The notes under the pieces were generated by a model. The model was given only the letters and a program-made list of their open reading frames with translations, did no database searches and was not told where the DNA came from. From Takakia lepidozioides (taxonomy: Eukaryota > Plantae > Bryophyta), in NCBI GenBank assembly GCA_030704615.1, contig CM060734.1, positions 992,001 to 1,056,000 of the forward strand: a stretch of DNA of 64,000 nt. The letters run 5' to 3'. Position numbers and translations under genes: made by a program. This document shows positions 52,369 to 64,000 of the stretch, piece by piece; within the stretch, counting starts at the first letter, position 1, and every line of letters begins with the position of its first letter.

Positions 52369-53994
52369 CTACAAGTTTCTATCCATCTTCCAGCAATTTT
52401 TGGGCTCAGGCCAATTGAATAGCCCCGTCATGAAACGCTTCATAACATTTTCTAGTTTGTACCGCAACTCTACTGTGTTTACACACAAGTTTTCCAGAGC
52501 CGAAGCAAAACAAGTTCCAGTAGACATATCGTTGAGCAGGCTTGCATCAAACGTGTTACCCCCATTTACTGCCTGGGCTATCTTCCCAATTGCAAAGGTC
52601 TTTGATAGCATGGTTAGAGGGGGTCTACGAGGTGTGCCATCTGACTGGTTGTTGGCTACATTATGAACAATTGCAATTTCAGGTGCAATCCACCATCTAT
52701 GTGCGAGAGTCTTTATCATCTTGTCTCTGCTCTCGAAAATGTACAACGTGGTTTTTGGGTCATCCATCGTGGATGCCATCCCCCAATCGCATACCCCGAT
52801 GTACACATCTTCAGACCTTTGTGGAAAATGCAGCAAGATGTTGTCGGGGGACATGTCGTTGTGCAAGAGGTGGTGATTATGGACGTTGAGCATGATGTGC
52901 AAAAGCGCCCATGCCAATTGGGTGCGATTCTATCGGAATCGAACTAGTCGGTTGACCTCCTACATTTCCTGCTTCGTCCCCCGTCGTTCCATTAACTTCT
53001 TGTTATCCCGATCATTCCCCCATTTCCTGTCAATACTCAACCATGATCGTATGGTCCCCCCATTCCACCAATGTGTGTAACCTTCATTTCGACGTGGATG
53101 CAACGCAAAATACTTTATGATGCCGAAATGATGGATTCTTACAGCCAACGCCTCATTGTTATGTTGGACTTTGGCAAGTTCAGCATTTGTTTCCCTGGGC
53201 GTTTTCCCTGCTAGCTCCCAGGATGGAGGAATGAATTGATCCCCAACAATTCTAACCCTCTGAATTGTACCATACCCTCCCTGTTTGGGCGCGTCGAGTT
53301 GTTGTACCTGTGCGTTTGTGGATATGTATCTCACATTCAATGCCGCATCCGCGGATGAGGACCCTGCCTTCCATGGGAGTGGTTTTGTATGTCGTTTGGC
53401 GTGGGCCTTTGCCATGTCAGACCACCAATCCACAAGCACAAACAACTCCTCCTCCGAAGTTGGCATGCGACCTTCAGCTACAGGTGTTCTCGTAACAAAC
53501 TTGTCCATGGTTTGCCTCAGATTCCATGTGGCATCATCGGCCCGGTCCTCCATCCATTTCGTGAACTGGAACTTCGCCCTGTCCTCCTCCCATTCATCCT
53601 CGGCCGAAGCCTCCCTCATTTTCATCTCCATATTGTGCTGGAATCTAAGGAACCCCTCATTCCCATGTCAGACATACAAAAGATTCAAACGCATTATGTC
53701 ATTGTCCTTCAAATAATCCAGCACTACTTGCTTCACCACCTTCGCGGCCTCTGCGCTTGGATAGTCTTTTTTGTTGACCTAACTATCCCGTTCATGTGCA
53801 TGTTTACGCTTCCTACCTTTACGCCCACTTCCCGAGGAACCCCCTGACACTGCGTTCGAAGCAATGTTTCCGGACATGATGAAAGTACTCTGCGGAATAG
53901 ACGCGGTTTCGTATCGGAAAACTAAACCCAGACTATTGATAACCTTATATACTAGCGGACCAATTTCCTCACCCTCTATTGGTATAGTACCCAA
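52369..53994 (-). pseudogene. Divergent, apparently intronless protein kinase, disrupted
   Basis: QGGYGTI (Gly loop), LAGK, NE, LLHNDMSPDNILL, CDWGMA, WIAPE across ORFs 52960..53631 and 52369..52917. Confidence 0.82.
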
Positions 53995-54244
53995 AGCAAA
54001 CTGTCTCCCGCAGTCCTATAAAAAAACCGCAAAAACTCCTCCCCCACACAAATCCACTTTTTTTCCACCCCCAGGGCTCAGTCCTGGCCACCGAAGTTGA
54101 AACTCCAAGAAGCCCCAAAACCGCACTCACAGAGAGGGAAAAAAGTGGGTTGGGAATGGGGGGTAGGCCCTTATATACTGCCTGGAGAGGCCTGCCTTGA
54201 GCGGCGCGCGACCGCCTCTGCTGCCCATTCGCGCCTCGCCACAT

Positions 54245-54830
54245 GTCCAGGTAGCGGTCGCACCTATGGGTGGTCACAACTAATAACAAAACAAAAAAAC
54301 TGCTGCGACCACCTCCTGCTGGTGGTCACACCTTTTTAAAAACAAAAAGAAAATGTGCGACCCCCCCTAAGCGGTCGCACGCAACTGTTAAAAAACAAGA
54401 AAAATGTTGCGACCACCCCACTGCTGGTGGTCGCAGCTATTAAAACAAAATACAAATTGTGCGACCACCAGTAGCGGTGGTCGCAACTGTTTAAAAAAAA
54501 AGAAAAATAGTGCGACTACCCCCTGCTGGTCGTCGCACCTATTTTATAAAACAAATGCTGAGACCACCCCCCTGCTGGTGGTCGCAGCTATAAAATCTGC
54601 GACCACCCCTTGCTGGTGGTCGCACCCAATTTAAAAAAAAGTAAAAATGTGCGACCACCCTCTGCTTGTGGTCACACCTATTAAAAAAAAATGAAAAATG
54701 CTGCGACCACCACCTGCTGGTGGTCGCACCCATTTAAAAAATAAGTAAAAGTGTGCGACCACCCCCTTCTGGTGGTCGCACCTATTTTATATAAAAAAAA
54801 TTGTACGACCAACTGTTGCTGACGGTCGCA
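54245..54830. repeat. ~60-bp tandem units, each a TGCGACCACC-Nx-GGTGGTCGCA hairpin plus an A-rich linker
   Basis: About 10 units read directly. Confidence 0.85.
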
Positions 54831-56903
54831 TGATTGACAATATAAATCATAATATATGAATTTTACAGATAAAATAATGAAGTCCACGTAATGAGGCCAC
54901 ATCGGTTGCCACGTCAGTTCTCATAGTAAATAGTCAATAGTAAAGTAAAAAAATAAACATAATTATGTACAGTAACGTCCGTTTTGGACGTGACATGACG
55001 CACGTCCGTCGCTGACGTCGGACGTGACGCTGACGCGTCAACGCCACGTCACGTCCAAATTTGCAACTAGGGTCAGCACCACCTCTTTTCACAACTTGGT
55101 GAGCCCTTTGGCTTAAGGGAAGATCTCTCTCTTCCCCTGATTCACTTGCCTACTCTAACAATTCTCTCTCCCAGGCTTGCCCACTATCACCACATGCTCA
55201 ACCCTGTCACATCCAATCAGTACTGCCTCGTATTCATACCCAAGAGCCCAAAGATGCCCCAACTATCTCACCCTCTCCTGCTGCCAAAGCATTCTGCTAT
55301 TCCACCTTACCCCACTTCCCCAAAACACTGCCATTGGCATCCTCTATGGCCTCAGCTCAATCCCCGGTTCCTTCACTCTATGTCCTTACCCATTCCACCC
55401 AATTCAACCCCCCCCCCCCCCCCCGCCCATCTGCTGCCCAACCTCAGGTCCCCTTCTTCCTACCATGCTTTCCAGCTTCCCTTCAGCGACTATCTGTCCA
55501 ACCCAACACCCACCCAACTACCCACAAGCCAGCTAACCTTAATCATGTCTGCCTAGACTCCGCTAGACCCCTTTTGAGCAGCCCCTCTTCCAAGTCTACT
55601 CCCCTCCCCTCTGGGGCTGCCACATTCATGATAGCCACCACCCTAACAGTCTACCCCCCTCTTTACAATCTTGCCACAATGCCCGTACCCCTCTTAGCAC
55701 ATACAATATGATCTCACTCTACACTGCATCTTGTTCTAACCCTTACTTCATGATTGCAGGCTATCCATACAACACTTACTGCACAACACACCCACACTTC
55801 CCCCTATGGGGCTCCCTCACACAATGGTCCTCTATATTCCACTCAGTCAATTACATATGCCCCGCATATGTCCATTCAAATAATTTGCAAAAAGCTTCCA
55901 CACCCCTACCAATTACGCACATATGTTCTGCATATGTACACTCGTCACACCAGATCTGGCACCACAATCTCTCACCACAGAACTCTTGTGGCACCCTGCC
56001 CTGTCATCCCACAGAGCCCTCTACCCATTCCGAATTCCATCTCTCCAGCAATTACATATCATATGCCTACCCACCACTCACGAGGGCCCTCGTTGCCTCA
56101 CCATTTCATCCCTACCCCCTGCCCCCTCCCATCATCCGTGTCACCCCACCCCCCTTGCCCAGATTTGACCCATATGCCATGCCAAGCCCTGAAAGTGATT
56201 ACCTGTTATCTCACCAGCCCACTTCCCACAACCCAATCCCACACCCCCAATCCAAGACCCAATCAATTCTACTCCTACTTAACACCCTGCCACATGCAAT
56301 ACTTAGTATGCCTACACATATGCCCAAGCCCACACACTATATAGCACGTAGGAAACATAACCTGCCACCAATTTTCTCCCATCCCACGCTGCTTGACCAA
56401 CATAATTCCCACTGTCTAAACAAATATCACTGGGCCCTGCCCACCTCAACTCCATTTACAGCTCCTAGGTACCCCTGCCTGCACCCAATTTTAACCACAA
56501 ACAACACTAATGATATAAACCAAACTGCAGACTGCCAAAATTGCAACCTCTTAATACACAACTCTTCAAGCTGGATTAATTACCCCCCCCCCCCCCCCCC
56601 ATTACCCCCCCCCCCCCCCCCCCCCCCCCGTAATCACTACCTCCCACTAACCAAATCAGCGCCGACTCCCAACCTCAAACCACCACACCCACGGTACACA
56701 GTAAAAAGCTGTTTACTGACAAAGGCATGCCACCACCTTGTCATGCGTTTACACTTCTTAATACCTCTCCTTACTCCAGCACATCTCAGCCGCCACCCAG
56801 CCACAAAAGGCTAACGGCTCTAATTACTACTCCAAGACAACCCTGCCACCAGGCTACCTCACACTGCTGCCATACTGCCCCCACATATAGGCTGCAGCCA
56901 CAC

Positions 56904-59160
56904 CAGTTTCCCAAGTTACTCTTGGTAATTTGGTAAACTCCCGGTAAATTGGTAAGAAATGATAAATCATGGTAATAAACAAAACCACTTTGTTACAACA
57001 CAGTTTTGATAGAACTGTTGGATAAGCCAATGATTAGTTGCCAAGTATACGAAGAATCCATGAGTTGTGTTCTTATACACATCCAAGTTTCAATATTGTG
57101 TCTATCATCCATCCAAATATAGACACTCTAAAAGTAATGTGTCTTGTGTGTTCTAAGAGAAAGGGTGTGTGCATGTCCTTTCATCAAGGGAGAGAGATCT
57201 ATCCTAAGAGTACATTAGCTTTATGACATAATTTATTAGACAACTAAGACAAACCAATGACCACTAGGTCGTGGAGGTTTTGTCTATAATGTGGTTTTGA
57301 ATGCTCATCTTCTTTCTTGTTGGAGTTAAACAAAGAGATATGGGGTTCCCAATCACACACCACAATACGGATCAGAGCCATATATTCTATTGGTTTTTCT
57401 TTTTTACATGAATTATGCATAACAATTTCAGATCTCCTCTAGGTTTATAATCATATCGAGGGTCATCTGGCCAATTTTTGATCACCATAACCAGCCTGTC
57501 AAGATTCTCAACCTGCAAACGACAACGACGGAGTGCTATGAGGACACCTGCAAGACTAAAAACTCGTTCGGTCTCAATTTGGGACCCCGGGATGCCAAAG
57601 ATTTGTTTGGCAAGATATGCAACGTTGGGAAATTGTTGCTCATGATCACGCCACCATAACAAGGGATCGGTTGTTGCAGTTATGAGGAACAATGAATCGC
57701 TGAAATAATGAAAGTTCAGCCTTCACTACTGCAGCACTTGCTTCTTTGTTTGATGCTCCCACACCAAACATATTGATGTCCTCATATGTTTCAGGAGATG
57801 AAACAACTTCAGACTCGCATGTAGCCGGGTTCAGCCGCTTAAAACAAACCATCAGCAAATGCAATAGACATTTCTGGTCATAGTCCTGAACAAGTTGTAC
57901 AGCAGCGTCACGGCCCACATAATTTGACACAAGTTTCAGCCCCTTGAAACGAGGATCCAACATAAGCGCAAACATGTTATGCGCCTTGCGTGCATCAAAA
58001 TGTTGTAGAAATGCAAGGAAAGGTTTGAGAAACATGTAACACCTCTTGTCGTATCCTACTTTTCAGTAGGAGAAGCTCCATTTCGAACACATCTGGCGGT
58101 TGCGTCTCCTCATCAAACTCCAACATCTCCCTTTGCATGATAACTGAGATGGATATGGACGCATTGAGTGCATCAGAAAGTAACCAATGACCTCGAGATT
58201 GGTTTGCCACACAAGCTGTCACGACAGATTTCAAAGAACTTGTAACAACCTCTGCAATAGCCCAGATTTGGGGCTTAGGAACTCTTTGCTGGAGCGTCAG
58301 ACTTTGACGACCATAACAAGTGACAATGGCCTCTTTGAACTCCATGGTTTCTTCAAACATTATCACCTTTGATGTAAATCTGGTTTTGACGGGAGTTTTC
58401 AGTTTCCGACGCCGTAACCCTGAATCCACACAGGCCTTGTTCTACTCAATTCTGCCCTTTCAACTTTTCTTGGTCCATGTGATTGTTTTTTGTGGTGACG
58501 GTTGAGCATCGGAAACTGAAATCTCCTTGAAATCTACACAAACTTTGGCCTCATTTGTTGCGTATTGGCATGCTTTAGACATCACATGTGCAAAGCATGT
58601 GCCCTCAAAAACTGTAAGGGATTCCAAAACATCGCATGATACGACAGATCTGAGAGCGGCAGCCATTGTGCTCAAATTACCTCCTTCATCCTTGACAAAG
58701 GCAATAATGCGTCTGGTCAAATCAAAACTGTCGAGTAAGGTTTTCAACTAAACTGCCATCGCTGCCCCTGATGTGTTAGACACTTCAAATAGACCCACAG
58801 TAACATGAACAGGAACCCACTTAGAACTAATGAAATTGATTACCAAGGCAAAAAGTGCTGACTCCACCCCTGCTCATCCATAAATCGAAGCTGACAGATG
58901 TAGAGACACAACTTCCAAGGGAAGGCAACACATGACGATCCATCGTCTTAGCAACCATTGACGGCAAAACCTCAACCACAAATTGTCTCCGAGAAGGAAA
59001 TATGACACGAGGATACCGCCTCAAAACCAATCTTCTAAGCCACAAATTTTCAACAGATGAGAGGGCTCTGTAACCTTTAGCAATGTAAAGTGTAAGGTCT
59101 TCCAAAAATTGCACTTGCTGCTCATCTATTTGCTTGTAAGGATTTGTGGACCCAAAGGAG
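56904..59160 (-). mobile_element. Truncated hAT DNA transposon with transposase pseudogene (57387-59114)
   Basis: SFDLWMS, FVKDEGGN, CFAH, LDPRFK, DPLLWW...IPGSQIETERVFS (hAT dimerisation domain); candidate end CAGTTTCCCAAG with GGTAA subrepeats. Confidence 0.88.
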
Positions 59161-59222
59161 GTTTGCTATTTCATGAGCATGAGCGGCATGAGCGGCATGA
59201 GCGGCATGAGCAGAGTAGTAAC

Positions 59223-61430
59223 ACAATCGGTTTTCATGAGCAGAAGTACAAATTTCGAAAATAAAAAACAATAAAAAACAATAATTTAATGCAATGTGTC
59301 AGAAAAAACAAATATATTATTCGGCCCCTTGAAGGAAAAATTGCACTTTTGACAGTTGTGCTCATGATATTTCGTCTTCCGCTCATGCCAATTCCCAGCG
59401 ACATGTGCAAATATGGCGCCGAATTTCGCGGTAATAGGGTCCGTAACCTGAAAAAACGGCGACGTATTTCGCGGCAATAGGTCTCTCTGGCGAAAAATGG
59501 TGCCGAATTCCGCGGCTATAGGTCCCCTCATGACAGGTAATTCGGCGCCATTTTTCCAGTGCATGTTCGGACTTAGCCAGTTTTCGGCCCAAAAAAGAGA
59601 AATTCGGCGTCATTTTTCCAGACACGGTACCAGTGCATGTTGGGACTTAGCCAGTTTTCGGCCCCAAAAAGAGAAATTCGGCGCCATTTTTCCAGAAATG
59701 GCCCCACAACTGCTTCTGTTGGATCTCAGTTTGAATGGAATATTGCCTCATTCCAGGAGTTTTGGGGTGCATTTCATTACACTGCAAAAAAAAGTCTGAT
59801 ACAGCAAAATGCATTTGAAAATATCCTTATGGAGGATTCCGTTTGCCCCATCAATGATTTCTGGAATCCCTAAGGAGGAGTTTGTGCAGCTCGTTCACGC
59901 TCAACGCCGGTGCATGAATAAAGTCATCAATAGTCACGTTCATCCTCAACCTCTTCAGGTAAATGTAATACAGATGCTTGCACGGATAATACTTCGAACC
60001 CTTCTTTGCTTCCATCAACGAGAAGTCCGTACAGTTGCAAGTCGGCTCCACTCCAATCGTAATTGTGTATACATCGTCGCGTACAGCCGAGCCGGCCGTT
60101 GCCATCCGATACACACGCCCAAGGCCGGGTGGGGGTATGTCCACGGAGCTCTGAATAGTGCAAGCCATCCCAAGAGCATTGGCAATCCGAGTCTCATTCA
60201 ACTTGTTGGGAGGGTGTCGTCTCTTCACTCTTCCGAATCGCATTGTGGGATGTGCAGAATTGTCCAATCCGTCTCTACTGGACCGAGCAGTCTGCAATGG
60301 CTGGGTCTGAGGAACCGGAAATGCGTGGGCCGGGATGTCTGTGCGTTGCACCATTCGAAATCCTGCTGCAGATAGAGCATCCGCCTCATTCTGAGAGAGG
60401 CTGCAACCCGGTGCAACAGGCCAGACGCCCGGAGGCTCCGGCATTCCCTGAATCCCGTACTTGGGCTTGCCAAATACACAGGTCATTATGTCGTGCCTAC
60501 AGAACCAAAATGTCTGCGTTGTGGCGTGAGCAAATGTGGGAGTAAAAAATCTACCGTTGAAACAAGGTGCAGGTACAGCACCGTGTGGGTTCCTCCGAAT
60601 CATCTCACCACAGCGTGCTCTCGTATCCACCCGGATGGCGCAACACTTCCCTCGAAATGCCGGCAATGTCCTCGCAATTCTCCACTGTGACTCCGACACT
60701 CTTGTCTCCACAATGGGAATGTTGTATTGCTTTACTACAGATGGCTCGTTATGTTGCCGGGGCACGTGCCCTGTGCTCAAAGGAGATGGCGATCTTGAAC
60801 GTGCAGGACTTCCGGTGCTCGACGAGACCTCCTCGGACAACATCACCGGACCACGAGGGAGCGTGCGAATATTCTTGTCAGCTCGCCATGAATCCTCTTC
60901 TCCGCCAGGTGCCTCGTCAAGTCTTCGTCTCACTGGACGGGTATGAACATCTCCTTCCAAATGTTGGCCTCTTCGCAGCAATGGCGTGTCCCGAAGGCCC
61001 TCTCGCAAGGCCGCCGCCCACTTCCGAGGATTCTTCGATCTAGAGGCAGTCCGCATCAGCATTTCCTGCCTGTCCGGCCCCAAGCCCCACTGTTTCCCTT
61101 TCAAGAACTCGTTGTACCTGCATTGCTGCATAATTGACCTCACAATGTCCTCCGTTGTGGCAGTGAGGATGTCCACCAGATGCGCCGCAGAGGAGGCACG
61201 CCAGGAAGAGTGCACTGATTCGGCCATGTTTGTCGTGGGCATGTCGGTGTCGGAGTCGAGACACATTTCCTGCACAAGCACATGTTTAGGTTACAAGCAA
61301 GTTACAAATATGGCCAAGAATAATATCCAACGGGACGCGAATTCGTGCAACTCACCTCCCGCATATAGTCGCCGAACTGGAGGAAACGATAATGCCACCA
61401 TGCTAGCCAACTGACCATTGCTCCTTCGTC
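59223..61430 (-). mobile_element. MULE-like DNA transposon arm: subterminal repeats plus 3' part of a SWIM-finger transposase-like gene (59851-61430, intron ~61270-61355)
   Basis: WLAWWHYR...PTTNMAESVHSSW (TxNxxESxH motif), CNCTDF...PCKH SWIM finger; N-terminus missing. Confidence 0.72.
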
Positions 61431-61656
61431 TGATTTCGGGCTAAGTCCCTAGACTGGCTGGCTCTGAACTGGAAATTCGGCGCCATTTTCCAGTTCCAGG
61501 CCGTATTGCCGTTCAGGGACTTAGCCATTTTCGGGCTAAGTCCCTAGACTGGGTGGCCCTGAAGTGGAAATTCGGCGCCATATTCCAGTTGTAGGCCCTA
61601 TTGCCGTTCAAGGACTTAGCCATTTTCGGACCTCATTGTGTTTTTCATGAATGCAG

Positions 61657-63419
61657 GTACTGTAAGTTCTCCCTTTTGGAGAAAGGTCATCTGTCTTTCG
61701 AGCCACCATTCTTCCTGGCATGGAGGAACCCTGGGGCTGACTCCATGTACACTGACGATATTGTGAAGGAGTGGCATCTGGAACATTTGCGTGATTGCCC
61801 TTGGTATGTGGACCTTCCGCCCGGCTCGCTCGACCCATCCGAGTTTCAATTGAAGCTGGATGCTGAATTCCGACGAAACCGGGCTCCGCTGCCTCCGTTG
61901 GGTGCAAAAGAGGCAAAAGCGCTTGCGAACTCCAGGAAAGCGGCAGAGCTTGCTCAGGCAGGAATTCAGGAGAAATTGCATGAGAAGAGTAAAGGTCAAA
62001 GGAAAAGGACAAGGAAACAGGTGACTGCAGTAACACCCAAAAAGAAGAAAACCATCGGGGCATCAGAGGAGGCGCAGGAGGGGACCCAAGAGAGTGACTC
62101 CGACGCCGATTTTGTTCAAGGTCCTGCGACTGCTGTTGCTCCTACCCAGTCCCCGGTCGTCCGGGTTCCCAAGTCAGTTCGGAGTGGGATTGGCTCTGCC
62201 AAGAAGTTGGCATTTGAGGGCGAGCCTACACGGCGGTATTCGGCGGTGACGTTTACGCACAGGCCAAAGCTAGAACCTCCAACCATCATCCAATGCGTCA
62301 ATGAGAGCTTCCTTGACGCTCTCGCTGCCAGGGCGAAGAAGGTGGCATACAACAAGTCTCTGGCGGAGCAGAAGGGGAAAGCCAAGAAGAGGGCTGCCGG
62401 TACAGAGCCTAAAGCACCCCTGGTTTTGAAGCCATGATGGAATTCTTCACGGCTGTGAGCACGAATTGCAAGAGCACTCGGGGGGGGGGTTGAGGTGGAG
62501 AGAGCTTGCGACATGATTCTCCTCGACATTCCAGATGGGGAGCTGCTGGAGGGCCTGGATGGTGTGCCCACCTGGAACAGGTTTACTGAGGACTACTGGA
62601 AAGCCGGGTTTGGGCTGGCGGGGATGCTTCTGGATGACGGTGGATGTGTGGTTGTCCTTGCCATGAGAGGGAAGACCACAGAGAATGCGGTGGCAAGGTG
62701 GACACCAAAAAGTGTCACCCCGGTCCTCCTCAGAAAATGGTTCTGCATCAGTACGCAGGGGTTGCGAACAGAGGGCCAAAGTGTAAGTTATCAATCTATT
62801 GCATTCACTTCATATTGTGGTGTATGTTAAGTAGACCCTGGAATTGATCCCTTCTTTGTTGGATGTGCAGACATTGGTGTTTGAGGCATATTGCTTTGTG
62901 AAGAGAGGGTCTACGTTCAAATTCCGCAACGACGGTCGTCTTGTTGATGCCGTTGTGGACCCTGTAACCTACGATGTCCTCTACAACTATGTGCCCCACT
63001 CTAGTATGCCGAAGGACACAAAGACAGGCAAACCGTGGCGGTACAGCCGGACCCGGAGCCCTGCTTTCATCCAAACCCTCATGGAGACGTGCTCGGATGT
63101 CCAAGGGCGGATTCTGGACCTCACATGCGGCACGGGTAAGCCTTCACGTGCTCAGTTTGTCCCCTGGCCCCATTGCAATTGCATGCCGCAAGCTATTAAC
63201 CGCCCGCTTTGTTCCTCAGGTGCTTCAATGTGGGCAGGGACGTTGTCCGACAGGCATGTGTTCGCCTTCGAGCCAGATACTGCCCTCCACAACTTGGAAC
63301 TTGCAGCGGCTGAACGTCTGCCGAAAGAGGAAGAGGCATCCTCGGAGGATGAGGAAAAATCCGAGAAGGAGCAGGGGGAGGAAGTTGGGATCGAGGCCGA
63401 GGAGCCCCCGGTTTACGAG
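61657..63419 (+). pseudogene. Intron-containing beta-class N6-adenine/N4-cytosine DNA methyltransferase-like gene with a charged N-terminal extension; frameshifts near 62433 and at poly-G ~62480
   Basis: ILHGC...CDMILLDIPDG...LLDDGGCVVV...FEAYCFVK...RSPAFIQTLMETCSDVQGRILDLTCGTGASMWAGTLSDRHVFAFEPD after removing GT-AG introns 62783-62870 and 63136-63219. Confidence 0.7.
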
Positions 63420-64000
63420 TGAGTGGTGGCATTGTAAGTTGCCTCCAGATTTTGTGAGGCACCTCCCTCCGCTCTCTTATTTCATTGAAAACCCTTTCTG
63501 GTTGTGCTGGTATTGACATTCTTCAAGTGGATTTGTTCTTACTGTAGGATGCCAAGTACTGCCGGAGGGACGTCTACACCGGAGTTCATGGGCAGGAGGA
63601 ACGTGCCTTTTTTTGCCAGGGGGATTTCATGCCTAGTCCAGAAAGGGAGTACATCCTTCCTACTTATGCTGCCCGGCTTGCTTCGGTGTCCATTAGGAGG
63701 TGTTCCGAACGTAGTCGTGTACAGCAGATTTTAGACGAGGCAAGCCTCAAGAAAATGAAGATGAGGGAGGAGGCAACAGCTATTAGAGCCCGTCGGGCTC
63801 GTAGATTTGTGTTGGATTCTGCTGAGGAAAGTGGGGGAGAAGACGCAGAAGATTCCCAGGAGGTGAGGTGGACAGTCCCCCAAGGAGAGGACGGGATTTT
63901 TGAGAGGCATAGTGGAACTGATGCATCACAGAGCTCAGAGGATGAGGGGGATGAGGGGGATGAGGAAGAAGGTGGGGCAAGTTCCTCGGAGGGTGTAGGA

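Noticed and set aside
54245-54830. CRISPR-like array of palindromic repeats
   Set aside because: Repeats are degenerate, linkers are similar A-tracts rather than unique spacers, there are no cas genes, and the context is eukaryotic.
55146-56936. Long Pro/His/Thr-rich ORFs (e.g. 55708..56814)
   Set aside because: Explained by strong C/A strand skew and poly-C runs; no domain recognised.

Overview
Eukaryotic, TE-dense window, most likely from a non-seed land plant (inferred from captured MDHAR, pectin-methylesterase, LysM-RLK and chloroplast GTPase fragments; no intact host gene recognised). The central feature is two independent insertions of an unusual Ty3/Gypsy element with the order gag-PR-[DNMT3-like C5 cytosine methyltransferase]-RT-RH-DDE integrase-PHD finger. 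It has a Tf1-like self-complementary primer site, captured host gene fragments in its leader, and circularly permuted (split) LTRs, B...PPT-A-GC-B-T-A, bounded by 4-bp TSDs. That layout suggests integration from a 2-LTR circle cut at an internal CA^GC^TG palindrome. One copy is whole (12409-31182, TSD AGGT). The other (TSD CAAT) is split by an inversion into 32487-40303 and 10898-11860. Both landed about 550 bp apart in an older Gypsy element. Also present: two Galadriel-like chromoviruses (one nested), local inverted and direct duplications, a 173-bp gag fragment moved between elements, 120-bp repeat arrays, foldbacks, a kinase pseudogene, a hAT pseudogene, and a MULE/SWIM-type DNA transposon next to an intron-containing beta-class N6A/N4C DNA methyltransferase-like gene. 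All comparisons were made by eye; coordinates may be off by a few bases.
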